A stretch of 64,000 nt of DNA from Narcine bancroftii (taxonomy: Eukaryota), in the NCBI RefSeq assembly GCF_036971445.1, contig NC_091476.1:140058001-140122000 (forward strand), read 5' to 3'. Below are positions 50,871 through 63,460 of the stretch, piece after piece. The notes beneath the pieces were generated by a model. It saw only the letters and a program-made list of their open reading frames with translations. It was not told where the DNA came from and searched no databases. Numbering within the stretch: position 1 is the stretch's first letter; each line of letters begins with the position of its first letter. The translations under genes and the position numbers were made by a program.

Positions 50871-51414
50871 GCTTCTTCTTTGTTCTTTTGACAGTTGCTG
50901 GGTCAAAAGCAGAACGCAGGAAGAGCTTCAGTCAAAGTTTGGCTTGGGTCATACAGCATCTGTGGAGGCAAGAGGTGTCTGTTGACGTTCTGGGTCAGGG
51001 TCCTGCACCAGGACTGGAAGAGGAACGATTACGAGTATACAGAAGTATACAGGGTGTGGTGGAATACATGGAACTGGATGGGCTGATGTGCAGATGGAAC
51101 CAGGTATGGGGAGGGATGACAATTAGTGGAACAAACAGAGAATTAATCTAGTTCTGCTCACCTGGCTGTAGGAAGGATGTACAGAAAGGACTCATGAAAA
51201 TGAAACTGGGACTGGATGGCTCGAGTTCTAATGAGAGACTTATCAGCTTGGGAATATCTTCCCCAGTACATAGGAGGCAGAGGGGTGGATGTAGAAGGGA
51301 GTGGTGACAGCTCACCTGCCTGTAGGTCCCTGGTTATCCTTGCAATCCTTCTTAAGTAAAGTAACTTTAGCCACCCTCTAGTCTTCCGTGGCTAAAATTG
51401 ACATAAATATAGAG

Positions 51415-52080
51415 TTCTAGAACATTACAGCACAGGAAAAATGCCGCTTTGGCGCTTCTAGTCTGTGCCAATCCATTTTTCTGCCAAGTTCCACTGATCT
51501 GTCATAGCTCTCAATACCTCTCCCATCTATGCAACTGTCCAAATTCTTCTTAAATGTTAAAATTGAGCCTGCATTCACCACTTCAGTTGGCACTTGTTCT
51601 ACATTCTCACCACTCTCTGTGTGAAGAGATTCTCCCTCACGTTCCCCTTAACTTTTTCCCTTTCACTCTTAACCCATGTCCTCTGGTTTAAATCTCTGTG
51701 GAAAAAGTCTGTCTACATTTACTCTGTCTGTACCCCTCATAATTTTAAATACCTCTATCAACTCTCCCTCATTCTTCTACACTCCAGGGACTTCAGTCCA
51801 GGCAACAGCCTAGTAAATCTTCTCTGTACTCTTTCAATCTTATTGATATCTTTCCTGTAGTTAGGTGACCAAAACTGCACACAATACTCCAAATTTGGTC
51901 TCACCAATGTCTTATTCAACTTTACTATAACATCCCAACTTCTATACTCAATAGTTTGATTTATGAAGGAGAAGATGCTAAAAGCTCTATTTACAACCCT
52001 GTCCACTTGTGACACCACTTTCAGGGAATTATGTATCTGTATTCCTAGATCCCTCTGTTCGACCACACTCCTCAGTATCT
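51415..52080 (-). mobile_element. CR1 3' fragment
   Basis: LVRPNLEYCVQFWSPNYRKDINKIERVQRRFTRLLPGL. Confidence 0.9.
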
Positions 52081-52262
52081 CTGCTAGGGCCACAGAAATG
52101 TCTTCCAGAATTGGTCATGCCCAAGGAATTTATCTAACTTTGTGCATTTTAAGATTGCCAGCTCTATTTTGCAATGTGATTTTGATCCAAGATAGCATTA
52201 AGACTTCACTCCATTACTCCTGTTACCCTACACATAGTCCTTTATTAGATCTTTAAGGGGAC

Positions 52263-52265
<3 letters not shown>

Positions 52266-52297
<32 letters not shown>
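52266..52297. repeat. (CT)n microsatellite
   Basis: Direct reading. Confidence 0.95.
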
Positions 52298-52300
<3 letters not shown>

Positions 52301-54703
52301 TACTTTTTTACTCATGTATGTGTAAACTCTCTCAGGGCTCGTCTTTATTTGTAAAGGTGTCTTTTATCCATCCCATTTTTCCCCTCCTGATTTCTTGGAA
52401 CATCACCCCAGTTTTCTTCTGTTCTTCCTTCAGTGACAATTGTGCTGTAATGAGGACAAATTGTACATCCTGCCGCCCCCCTCCCAAGCTCTCCCCCTGA
52501 CCCCCCTCCCCCTGCACCACCCAGCCACCCTGAGAAGGCCAGTCGCAGCTCCGTGAAAGCATCTCATTTGTTGCTGGTAAATGATGCCACAGACCTGCCT
52601 CTGCAGTGGGGGAATAGTTTTCTGTGGGCGTGACAGAATTTGAGCGAATTGTATGGACACATCCCTCAGTGTCTCTGATGGAGGATTCCTTCTCACACTC
52701 ACTATGGGCGTGAGGCAATCCCGAGCGTCATGGAGACACAAAACATGGAACAGGCTCCTTTGGCCCACCTCAGTCATGCTGACCATTGACTTACTGTGAA
52801 TTTTGGTCCATATCCTTTGAAGTCCGTCTTATCCGTAACCCTTGGATTTAATAAGTAGCCAGAATGGTTTCATCTAGAATTAAGAGGATTCTTCTCAGAA
52901 ACCCTTCAGAGAAGCATTCCTTGTTTAGGTTAAACAGATATGATGAGCTTCCCTGAATCTGCAAGTTATACTTGGACATAGTTATGTTCTGAAGCTCACA
53001 ATATGTGTACATTTAGTTTGCAGATTAAATTTGTGACATTGTTACTTGGCTGAGGGTGGATCCATGAGGTTTGAGCATGATGTGTTTGACCAACCCATCT
53101 GTGTTTCAACTTGCCTTAATCCGCTGATTATTGCTGTCCATTCCCTTCACTCTTCCTGGCTCTAGGCTTATTATTCCTGGTTGGAACTAAGGTGTTCTGG
53201 TTTTGTTTTAAATGGCGCCTTTTCATGCACTCCATTTTGGCATGGTTACAGACTGCTTTGTGTCTAATTATTTGAAATGAGCTCTGGAACAATGAGAAAC
53301 CTTGTAGCAGGTAGAACCTGGAAATTAAAGCTGTGTTCAAGTACTGTGTACCTCCCACTCAGTAGGAACAGAGCCAAACTCCTTCACTCAGACAAAGGCC
53401 AAAACTGCTTTGTGAAATCACAAATGGAATACTGTAGTTTTAGAAAGCATGTCTGGCAGCATCACTCTGCGGTCCAATTAGATGAGCGTTCACAGGTAAA
53501 TTGTTTCAGTGTGCTGCATTCCATTTTCTAGCAACATTGATGTGCCTAGCCAGTGTGCGTGCTCCCAGTGAGTGCTGATCTGGGGCAGTGGTCTGGTTAA
53601 TCATTAATGTAAGTCCTAACCTTTGCTTTGGGGAATGTGGGAATATTGATTAATAAAGCATTACTGATCTTGTGTGTATGGTGGTGGTAGGACGGAATGT
53701 AGAATTTCAGAAATGTTTCTGCGCTGTAAATTTGGTTTACACTGGAATTAAAAACTGCTCTTTCGTCAGTTGAGTGCAACTGAAAACGAGGTAGATCAAC
53801 TCAGAGCAAGTGGAATTGAGCAGATTTGAAATATCACATGATCCAGGAGAAACAGGGTGTGAACTAACAATCTAGAGAAACTGTTTAAACTTGTTCATCT
53901 TGCTTGAGCTAAGATCCAAAGGGTTCCTTGGAAAGTTAGTGAAATTTGTGTATTTTTCCACGTTAAACTCTGATCCTCTGTCTGGAGTTTGGCTCAATCC
54001 TGCTCTCTGCTTTTAGATTTAATAACCACTTTGAGATATTTGTCCTTTGAATGTTGAGACATTCTAGTTGTGACATGTGTAGAAATCTGTGTGTCAGTCG
54101 GTGGGAGGGGTGGGAATTGACATGTTCATGACAAAACATTATTGTACTTTTTAGTACAATTGTATCTTGAGGAATTGCTCAGGCCTGAAACATTTACCTC
54201 CTATGGATGCTGCGAAATCTGCTTAATTCCTCCAGCATTCTTGTGTTTTTGCACTTTTTAGATGATCATTTGGGATATGCTGTATGTCTCCCTGCCTTGC
54301 CTCCTGTTCAAGGTGAGCTGGACATTTGATTTCCAAATGGGCATGGCAGAAGGAGTCAGAGGTGGCTTCTCAGATTGGAGACAGGAGGGGCCCTGCAGGG
54401 ATCAGTGATGGTCCATTGTTGTCTGTCATCTATATTGTGGATGAGACTGTGGTTGGGACAGTTGTCAAATCTGTGGATGACACCAACATTGGTGGTGCAG
54501 TGGACAATGAGGGAGGTTTTTAACAGGATCTAGATCAACTATGCATGTGGGCCAAGGAATCGCAGATGGTAAGGCGATACATTTTGAGCAGTCAAACCAA
54601 GCTGGGACTTACACAGTAAACTGCAAGAGTGTTATGGATCAGACAGACCAAGAGTGCAGGTACATAGTTCACTGAAAGAGCCAATTGATGTAGACAGAGT
54701 GGT

Positions 54704-57540
54704 TGTTATGTCTCTGTGTTACTTGGGAGGCTTCTTAAAAAATTTAGAGATGTAAGATTCAAATAACAGAAGAGATTTTACTTACTGATGTCTTCCACCA
54801 TCTCAGGAAACTGTTTACACACTCTCACATATACATACGCCCCACAGTGGTGCACTACAGGTACTACATTGAGAAGGGTGTATTCTTGTGTGGTTACAAA
54901 ATAGCTCATGGTATTCTGACTACTTCTCAAGATAAAGAAAAATTGTGTTCTTTATCACTTTCTTTCCAGTGCAACTTAAGTAACTGAACTTGTACACTAG
55001 TTTATTTACACAATTATTTGTAGTGGCGGCAATATGTTACTTCTCCATCTTGAGTAATTGGCTGCAATTGTTGGGCTCTGTGTAACACGTGTAGGTGATG
55101 TAACTTGTTGTGCTTCATCTGACAACTGCTGTGTTGATGTTTCGGTATTAATGGTTGTGGTCTCTTCACTTGATACCCCACTTGATATTGGTGTTGCAGG
55201 ATTTGCTGGTATTAAAGCTTCCTGCTTCATCACATCTTGTGTCGACCAGATGTGAATTCTATTCCTCCTCAGCTGATTGCCAGAGTCTGTCTCAACCATG
55301 TATGATCTTGGTGTCTCAGCTTCTCTGATATGGGTCCATGCTTTCACCATCAGCTCTTGAATATGCACATGCTGCCCTTTGAAGAGTTCTGGAAATGTTT
55401 GTGCATATTTGTCATAATGCTGGCGTCTGACTTCTTTCGTGTCAGCAAGTCTTCTTCTGGCTTCCTCCTGGTCTTCTGGAGGGTATATTTTGCTTGGCAG
55501 AATTGTTTTGTATCTCCTGCCATTTAGAAGTTCTGCTGGGGACTTCATGTCAACCCTATCATTATGAACCCTGCTCATAATGATAGAAGAGCGAGGTCTG
55601 GGTCTTCTGTTTCACGACACTTAACTAGTGTACGTTTCACAATTTGCACTTGTCCTTGTCTTTCAATATTTATGTGGTGATAACAACCCATGCTCTGCAG
55701 CCAGCTTTCAGAATTCTTGTGATGTGAACTATGTTCCATTGTCATATATTACTTGCCCGGGTATTCCCTGTTCAGCAAGGAGTGCTCTAATTTCTGAGGT
55801 GATAGTTGATGCTCTCAGGTCTTTCACCCTTTTGATGAATGGAAACTGAGAGTAGTAACAGGTTACTATTAGATACCAGTCTTGATTCTCAGTGAACAAG
55901 TCTGCTCCCACTGTGTGCCATGGCCTGGCAAGTACTTCTGTGGAAATCATTTCCTCTTTTTGTTGTGTGTTTCTTTTGATGCTTTTAGATACCTTCTTCG
56001 TCTGGATCTCATAATTGACAGAGATAAACTGCAACTCCTGGAAGCTATCCAGACCTAGAATTGCTGATTCATTTGCATCTACCACATAGAACGTACAGAG
56101 GATGTTCTTTCCCTTATGGCAGCCATTGATCTTAGCTCTCCCTAGCTGCTTGATCATGGGTCAACCATAGGCTGTTAATGTGTAATTTGCTGTTTCCAAT
56201 GCACCCTCTTTTGGATACCCTTTTATTATGTTCTCTGGGAACATCTGGTAGTAGAGTTTGAGTGGAAGGACATTGCTTTGTGATCCAGTATCCAGCTTAG
56301 CTTCACCTTTAGGTTAAATATCGTAGGCTTGTTCTGGATTGTCCTCTGTATTTGGATCCTTGTGTGCAACTCTCTTCCTTCTTTCATCTCACCCAACATC
56401 TTGTGCAGGTACATGGATTCTATGTCCAGTATCTGGGTGTCAGAGTCCTCATTATTGTTTCCTTTTATGTGGTGACTTTTTTTCTTCACTGGTATTACTA
56501 TTTTCTTCATACCAGACTTGCACATCTTCGCCCAGTGGTTTGCTTTACCACAGGCTCTACATTCAGAACCATATGCGGGGCATTTGTTTTGGTCATCGAA
56601 GGTGTGTTGTCTTCCGCACTTCCTGCAGATCTTGGGGGTTTGCACTTTTCTGATTGTGTTCTTTATAGCAACAACCCTTGCTTCTCTTTGCTGTGGGTAG
56701 GTCTGCATAGATAGGGATTTCATTTGCATCTTCGTAGCTTCGAAGGCTCTGGCTATGTCTATAGCTTCAGCCAGCTTCAAGCTATCCTTCTCTATAAGAG
56801 ACTTTTGCACTTTGGGATGGGCACTCCCCCATATTAGTTGAACAACTAATCTTTCCTCTATATCTGCATTTTGCAGCAACAATTTTTAGTCCAGTGAGGA
56901 AGTTATCAACAGTTTCATCAGTCTCTTGCATTAAGCCTTGAAATTTATAGCATTTAATTCTATAATTAGACCTGGGTTCAAGGTGAAAAGCAAACTTCGC
57001 AAATATCTGCTCTAGATCATTTTTCTCCACCTCTGTAAGCTCCCAGCCATTAAATAAGTCAAGGCCTCGCTCTCTGGTCCAAGAAGTATATAACGGACCT
57101 TCTCCTCTGTTGTTGCATTTTAAAATAGCTTTTGAATGGTAAATTGCACTTCTGCTGAAACCTTTTAAATGATTCAATAATGTCTTCAGCCTCCCTGTCC
57201 ATCACTGGGTGAAATGCTCTTGCTCCCGCCATTTTTTCAGTCATGTTTTTTCTCTTCTTCCCCTTCATATTTCAGTGACTTACAATCAATTGTTCTCTTA
57301 TACCGCTGCCAACATGTTATATCTCTGTGTTACTTGGGAGGCTTCTTAAATAACTTAGAGACGCAAAATTCAAATAACAGAAGAGATTTTACTTACTGAT
57401 GTCTTCCACCATCTCAGGAAACTGGTCACACACTCTCGCATATACATATGTCCCACAGTGATGCACTGCAGTTACTTCAGTGAGAAGGGTGTATTCTTAC
57501 ATGGTTACAAAATAGTTCACATTATCCTCACTATATAACA
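54704..57540 (-). mobile_element. Internally deleted Ty3/Gypsy LTR retrotransposon (gag-protease-partial integrase; RT/RNase H missing)
   Basis: LTRs 57315-57540 and 54704-~54922; TG...CA termini; 5-bp TSD gtggt (54699-54703, 57541-57545); gag CCHC knuckle CRACGKANHWAKMC; protease KLDTGSQSNVLP; integrase PWHTVGADLF...GIPGQVIYDNG. Confidence 0.92.
57302..57314 (-). promoter_or_regulatory. Primer binding site, tRNA-Leu type
   Basis: Minus strand TGTTGGCAGCGGT directly after the 5' LTR; 12/13 match to the complement of the recalled vertebrate tRNA-Leu(AAG) 3' end ACCGCTGCCACCA. Confidence 0.7.
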
Positions 57541-58675
57541 GTGGTGAAGATGTGTTTGGCACACTTGCGTTCATTGGCCAGGAGTTGGAATGTCATATTA
57601 CAACTGAGATCTTATTTGGAGCATTATGTATAGTTGCTGTTGCCCAGTTATGTCATTAAACTGGAAAAGGACTCAAGGGCTTGACATATGAAGAGGCTGG
57701 ATAGGCTGGGTCTTTTGTCCCTGGAGTGTAGGAGGCTAAGGGTGACCTTAGCAATCATGGGGATCTAGATAAGATAAATAGCCATCATCTCTTTCCCAGG
57801 GCAGTAGAATCTAAAACTAGCAGGCAGTGATTTAAGGTGAGAGAGGAAAGATTTAGAAGGGATCTTAGGTGCACATTCTCCACATGGAGGGTGGTGGGTG
57901 TGTGGAACGAGCTGCCAGAGGAAGTGGTGGAGATGGGTACAATTATAACACTTGAAAAACATTTCGACAAGTTCATGGATAGGAAAGATTTCCAAGGATA
58001 TGTAACCAGAAGTGTTCAAGTCGCCAGCTTGGTCAGCACGGAGCAGTTGAGCCAAAAGGTGTGTTTCCATGATGTGAAACTAAGACAAAATGCCTCTTTC
58101 TGCTTGTACATTTATTTTTCAAGCAATGCCTTCGCTCTGCAATTTTCCAGGCTGAGTTGATCCTGATCCATGCAATCTTTATTATTTTTAAACCAACATT
58201 GATCCCATCTCAGCTCTCTCCAAGAGCCCACCCTAGCTTTTTCCTCATGGCCTTTTGTCATTCACTGGAGTGTTTGTTCAGTTACTTTGGTGTTTGTAAT
58301 GGCTGCACGTCCAATGTTTCTGTATTTTCATATTTCCTTCTGTCCTGTCAGGTCTATGGTGCCTGATAAAGCAATGCCATGCCTCACTAATTCTACCCCC
58401 AGACTATACACCCATCCACACCCTTAGGGGCAATTTACATTGGCCTATTAATCTAATGACCCACTTGTCATCTTGATGTTGGAGCATCTGGAGGAGAGCC
58501 ACAGGGTCACAGAAAACACACAACACCTGAGGATAGGATTCAACCTGGAGGTGTGAGGCAGTGGGTCTACCAGATTGGATACTGTGATTCCAGAACTAAT
58601 TCCTCTGGGGCTTGTGGAGTCTGCGTTACAAAATCCATATCTTATGTCTTACAACCTGAAATACAATGCGTAAAG

Positions 58676-59305
58676 CATGAAAGTCTGCAGACACCGTGGT
58701 TGAAGTAACATCACAATGCTGGAGAAACTCAGCAGGTCAAACAGTGAACTTTATATATGGGGTAGCACAGTTAGTGTAGCAGTTGGTGCGACACCTTTAC
58801 AATGCCAGCGATTGGGACCAGGGTTCGAATCTCACGCTGTCCATAAGGAGTTGGTACATTCTCCCTGGGGGCTCCAGTTCCATCAACCACTCGAAATGTA
58901 ATAGCAGTGTAGGTTAATTGGGGGTAAATTGGATGGCACAGACTCATGGGACAAAATGGCCTGTTACTGTGCTGTATGTCAAAATTTAAATATTCAAAAT
59001 TTAATAAAAATTTTTAAACCAAAGATAAAGATGCATAACCAATGTTTTGGGCTTGAGCCCTTCATCAAGGTATAAGCAAATTATAAGTGCTTGCCCACAT
59101 CTTGTTCATACCTTGATGAACGGCTCAAGCCCGAAACGTTGGCTATGCATTTTTATCTTTGCTATATAAAGTTCCCAGTACCTGCCTATATTTTGCTCAT
59201 ACCTTAATGAAGGGCTTAAGCCTGAATCATTGCTTATGTATCTTTATCTTTGCTACATAAAGTGTACTGTTTGACCTGCTGAGTTTCTCCAGCATGGTGT
59301 TTTTA
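58676..59305. mobile_element. Penelope terminal-repeat fold-back (one minus copy plus two tandem plus copies) with a nested SINE (~58760-58990)
   Basis: atgctggagaaactcagcaggtcaaacagt / actgtttgacctgctgagtttctccagcat inverted arms; hammerhead-like motifs at 59034-59074 (-), 59107-59147 (+) and 59198-59238 (+). Confidence 0.8.
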
Positions 59306-61449
59306 ATTGAAAATACGATGTGTCTGCTTTAACAGTTGAACCAAATGCTCATTGTTGTGACAAAGACTTCTTTGTGCTGATTTGTGAGAATTAGACACCA
59401 TGCCTTACAAAGATCTTCATGAACTTTGATGATTTGTTTCCATGTTATGATATCATAGCAAATCCTTATCTAAAATTTGGATTAGTCAGAATAAAATAAG
59501 TTTCTGCGAACATTCACTAATCTCAGAGCTGTCTGCGTGTCTGATCTCCTGAGTACACCAGTCCTGTGACCAGTAGACACCACTCTCTTGGATAATTGGT
59601 GGGTGTGTTGGGTGAGCTCTCAGGTCTTTCAAAGTTGGTTCAATCTTTCAAAGAAAGGTTTGGATTTCTGTCAAGTTTAGCTTTTGTTACCCTTTGCATA
59701 TCTTGGAGGAGGAATTGGGTAGTAACTGTAACTCTGAGGTTGGAATTCAATTTGAAGAGAGGAGAAAGAGGCGGAGTTCAGCTTGATATGTATCATTCCC
59801 AATTTTCCCCTTTGTGGTCTAGAGGGGGGATTGATTTAAGAGTTCTTTGCAAACAAACAAAGATGCTAGAAGTGTGAAACACAGTTGATCTGGCAGCTTG
59901 ACATTTGGAAAGCATCTTCCAAGCTTTAATTCTTGTGATTTATGAGTGACTCTTCCCACTTACAGAACTTGTGTTTATAACATGAAAAGATTAATTTCTT
60001 CATTGTGTCTGTATCAGGCCCACACTCCTTGGAGCTGTGCATCTGTACAGCACAAAGTGTTCACAGCACTCATAGCAGAGTGGCCCTGAGAGGAAGTGCT
60101 GCCCAGGCAGAAGAGACCATCCCTGGATAAACAATGTAACCAGCAATGTCAGAAATACAAGGATGGAGATTGGGTTCTCCATCCTTGACCTGATGTCCCA
60201 GGGGCATCTTCCACCTGTGCCTGCAGAGGAATGTCAGGGGTCTGCAGCGTGTAACAGTTCAGGAGACATGGGGCTGCTAACACCAAGAATCAAACCCCAT
60301 TTTAAATCTCTGGTCTGACAGCCCCATCTTTCCTTTCCCACTGTGTCCCAAAGCACTCTGACTTGCAATCACCAGCACGGAGATAGATCCTTGGTTGAAA
60401 GGGTTAACTGTGACTCAAACTCTCCTGAGAAACATATTTGTATTCGTACCTCTGTACCTGTTCCAGATGGTGGCTGCGTTGTTTATTTTGTATTAGGTGC
60501 AGCCAACCTTCCACATTGCAAACTGATGGGAGTGACTGACTGTCCCAGTGGAGGGCATTTTATGGGTAGATCTGTGCTATGCCTTCATAATCCTGGGCAA
60601 TGATCGGGAGTGGTAAAGTTCCCAACATGCCTGCAGCTTTGGTGAAGAAATGTCTTTCTGCCTCTGTCCTGAATGGTTGATGTCTTATTTTGAGATTGCG
60701 ACCATCAGCCAGTGGAAACATTGTCGCCATCTCCCATGTAGAGTCTCAGAGGAACTTTGTCCATCACCTAAGATTCTTTGAAAGTAGATTCTCCTGTTTT
60801 CATCTCTCCCCATAAAATGGCATGCCATCCCAAGGATTAATCTGGTGAATCCTCAATGGGAATTAAATCCATTTTTGTATTGATCTAGTTCTGGACAAAA
60901 TATTCCAGACATGGTCTAATTTTAAATACACTTTGCTGCTGTTTTCAAACAGTTTTCCATTAAAGTTTATCACATGAGCTCCTTTGCCAACTGCATATTG
61001 CACAACAACAGAGTTCAAGGACACTCCGAACCCTTCAATACCAGAATTCTTTCGCCTATTCACTATTTAAGAAGTAGCCCGCCTGTCGCTTTCCTCCTGA
61101 GATGAACAGGACGTTTTTGTCTGACTCTGGCCTCTTGAAGCAGACCTGACCTTGGCAATTTCTTGCCTACCAATGACAAAAGGAAACCTTTGCCCAGAAA
61201 TAAAATGACATGAAACCATGAAAATGAAAAGCACTGGAAACGTTGTTCCAATCCGGCAGCAGCTGTGGAAGGGAAAATCTGGATCGAGGAAACTATTCAT
61301 CCAGTTCTTCAAAAGGGTCTGGCCCCAAAACATGAACTGTGACTCCCTCCCAACAGATGCTGCCAGGCCAGCTGATATCCTGAGCAAAGTCCACTTTTAA
61401 TTTCCAATCAAGAATATGCACATCTTTCAATTTTCAACTTTAGCTGCCA

Positions 61450-63460
61450 TTCCCCTCACTCCCTTTCATTCCCCCTCCCTCCTCCTCCCTCCCCTCCCTC
61501 CCCCTCACTATCCATCACTCTCCCCTCATTACCCCCTCCCTCCTCCTCCCTTCCCCTCACTATCCATCACTCTCCCCTCATTCCCCAACACTCTCCACTC
61601 ATTCCCCCTCACTCTCCCATTCCCCCTCACTCCTCACCAACCCCTCACTCCCCTCATTCCCTCTTGCTCCCCACCAATCCCTCCCTCCCTTCCCCTCACT
61701 ATCCATCACTCTCCCCTCATTCCCCCTCACTCTCCCTTCATTCCCTTTCACTCCTCACCAACCCCTCACTCCCACTCACACCCCACCAATCCCTCACTCC
61801 CCTCATTCCCCCTTGCTCCCCACCAATCCCTCATTTCCCCTCCTCCTCCTCCCTCCCCTCCTCCCACCCCTCACTATCCATCACACTCCCCTCATTTCCC
61901 CCTCATTCTCCTCACCAACCCCTCACTCCCCCTCACACCCCACTAATCCCTCACTCCCCTCATTCCCCCTTGCTCCCCACAAATCCCTCACTCCCACTTG
62001 CTTACCAACAATCCCTCACTCCCCCTCATTCCCCCTCCATCCTCCTCCCTCTCCCTCTCTATCCATCATTTCCCCCCTCACACCACACCAATCCCTCATT
62101 CCCCCTCCCTCCTCCTACCTCCCTCTCACTATCCATCACACACCCCTCATTCCCCCTCATTCCCCTTATTCCCCTTACTCCCCCTCACACCCTACCAATC
62201 CCTCACTCCCTTCACTCACTCCTCACCAACCCCTCACCCCCACCAATCCCTCACCCCCCATTCCCACCCTCCTCCTCCCTCCCCTCACTATCCATTATTC
62301 TCCCACACCCCACCAATCCCTCATTCCCCCTCCCTCCTACTCCCTCCCCCTCACTATCCATCTCTCCCCTCATTCCCCCTCACTCTCCCCTAATTCCCCT
62401 CACTCCTCACCAACCCGTCACTCCCCCTCACACCCCACCAATCCCTCATTCCCTCTCCCTCCTCCCTCCCTCTCACTATCCATCATTCCCCCTCATTCTC
62501 CCCTCATTCCCCTTACTCCCACTCACACCCTACCAATCCCTCACTCCCTTCATTCCCCCTTGCTTTCCACAAAGCCCTCACTCCCCCTCACTCCTCACCA
62601 ATCCCTCATTCCCCCATGCTCCCTACCAATCCATCATTCCTCCTTGCTCCCCACCAATCCCTCACTTCCCACCGATCTTTCACACCCCCTCACTCTCCAC
62701 CAATCACTCATGCCCCACCAATCCTTCACTCCCCTCATTCTCCCTTGCTCCCCACCAATCTCTCACTCCCCCTTGCTCCCCACCAATCCCTCACTCCCCC
62801 TTGCTCCCCACCAATCCCTCACTCCCCTCATTCCCCCTTGCTCCCCACCAATCCCTCACTCACCCTCACTCCCCACCAATCCCTCATTCCCCTCCAATCC
62901 CTCACTCCCCTTCAATCCCTCACTCCCCTCCAATCCCTCACTCCCCACCAACCTCTCACTCCCCTCCAATCCCTCACTCCTCACCAATCCCTCATGCCCC
63001 ACCAATCCCTCACTTCCCACCAATCCCTCACTCCTCACCAATTCCTCACTCCCCATCAATCCCTCACTCCCCACCAATCCCTCACTCCCTCTCATTCCCC
63101 CTCACTCCCCACCAATCCCTCACTCCCCTCCAGTCCCTCACTCCCCACCAATCTTTCACATCCCTCACTCTCCATCAATCCCTCATTCCCCCTTGCTCCC
63201 CACCAATCCCCCATTCCCCCTTGCTCCCCACCAATCCCACACTCCTCCCTCACTTCCCACCAATTCCTCACTCCCCACCAATCCCTCACTCCTCACCAAT
63301 CCCTCATTCCCTCTCATTCCCCCTCACTCCTCACCAATCCCTCATTCCCCCTTGCTCCCCACCAATCCTTCACTCCTCACCAATCCCTCCTCCCCCTCCA
63401 ATTTCTCACTCCCCCTTACTCCCTACCAACCCCTCACTCCCTCCTCTTTTCCCACCAACC
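61450..63460. repeat. 2-kb degenerate C-rich satellite (18-bp unit ccaccaatccctcactcc built on 9-bp ccctcaYtc)
   Basis: Direct reading; plus strand almost devoid of G; all three plus frames stay open only because of composition. Confidence 0.95.

Larger units (their letters stand above)
54300..58080 (+). mobile_element. CR1 fragment split by the Gypsy insertion (CR1 at ~54300-54703 and 57541-58080)
   Basis: KSVDDTNIGG (FADD-region remnant); gtagacagaGTGGTgaaga rejoins across the insertion. Confidence 0.8.

Noticed and set aside
59596-59657. Possible second alternative first exon ending AAGAAAG|gtttgg
   Set aside because: No in-frame ATG before an upstream stop in the phase-1 frame; the tracked ORF starts at TTG.
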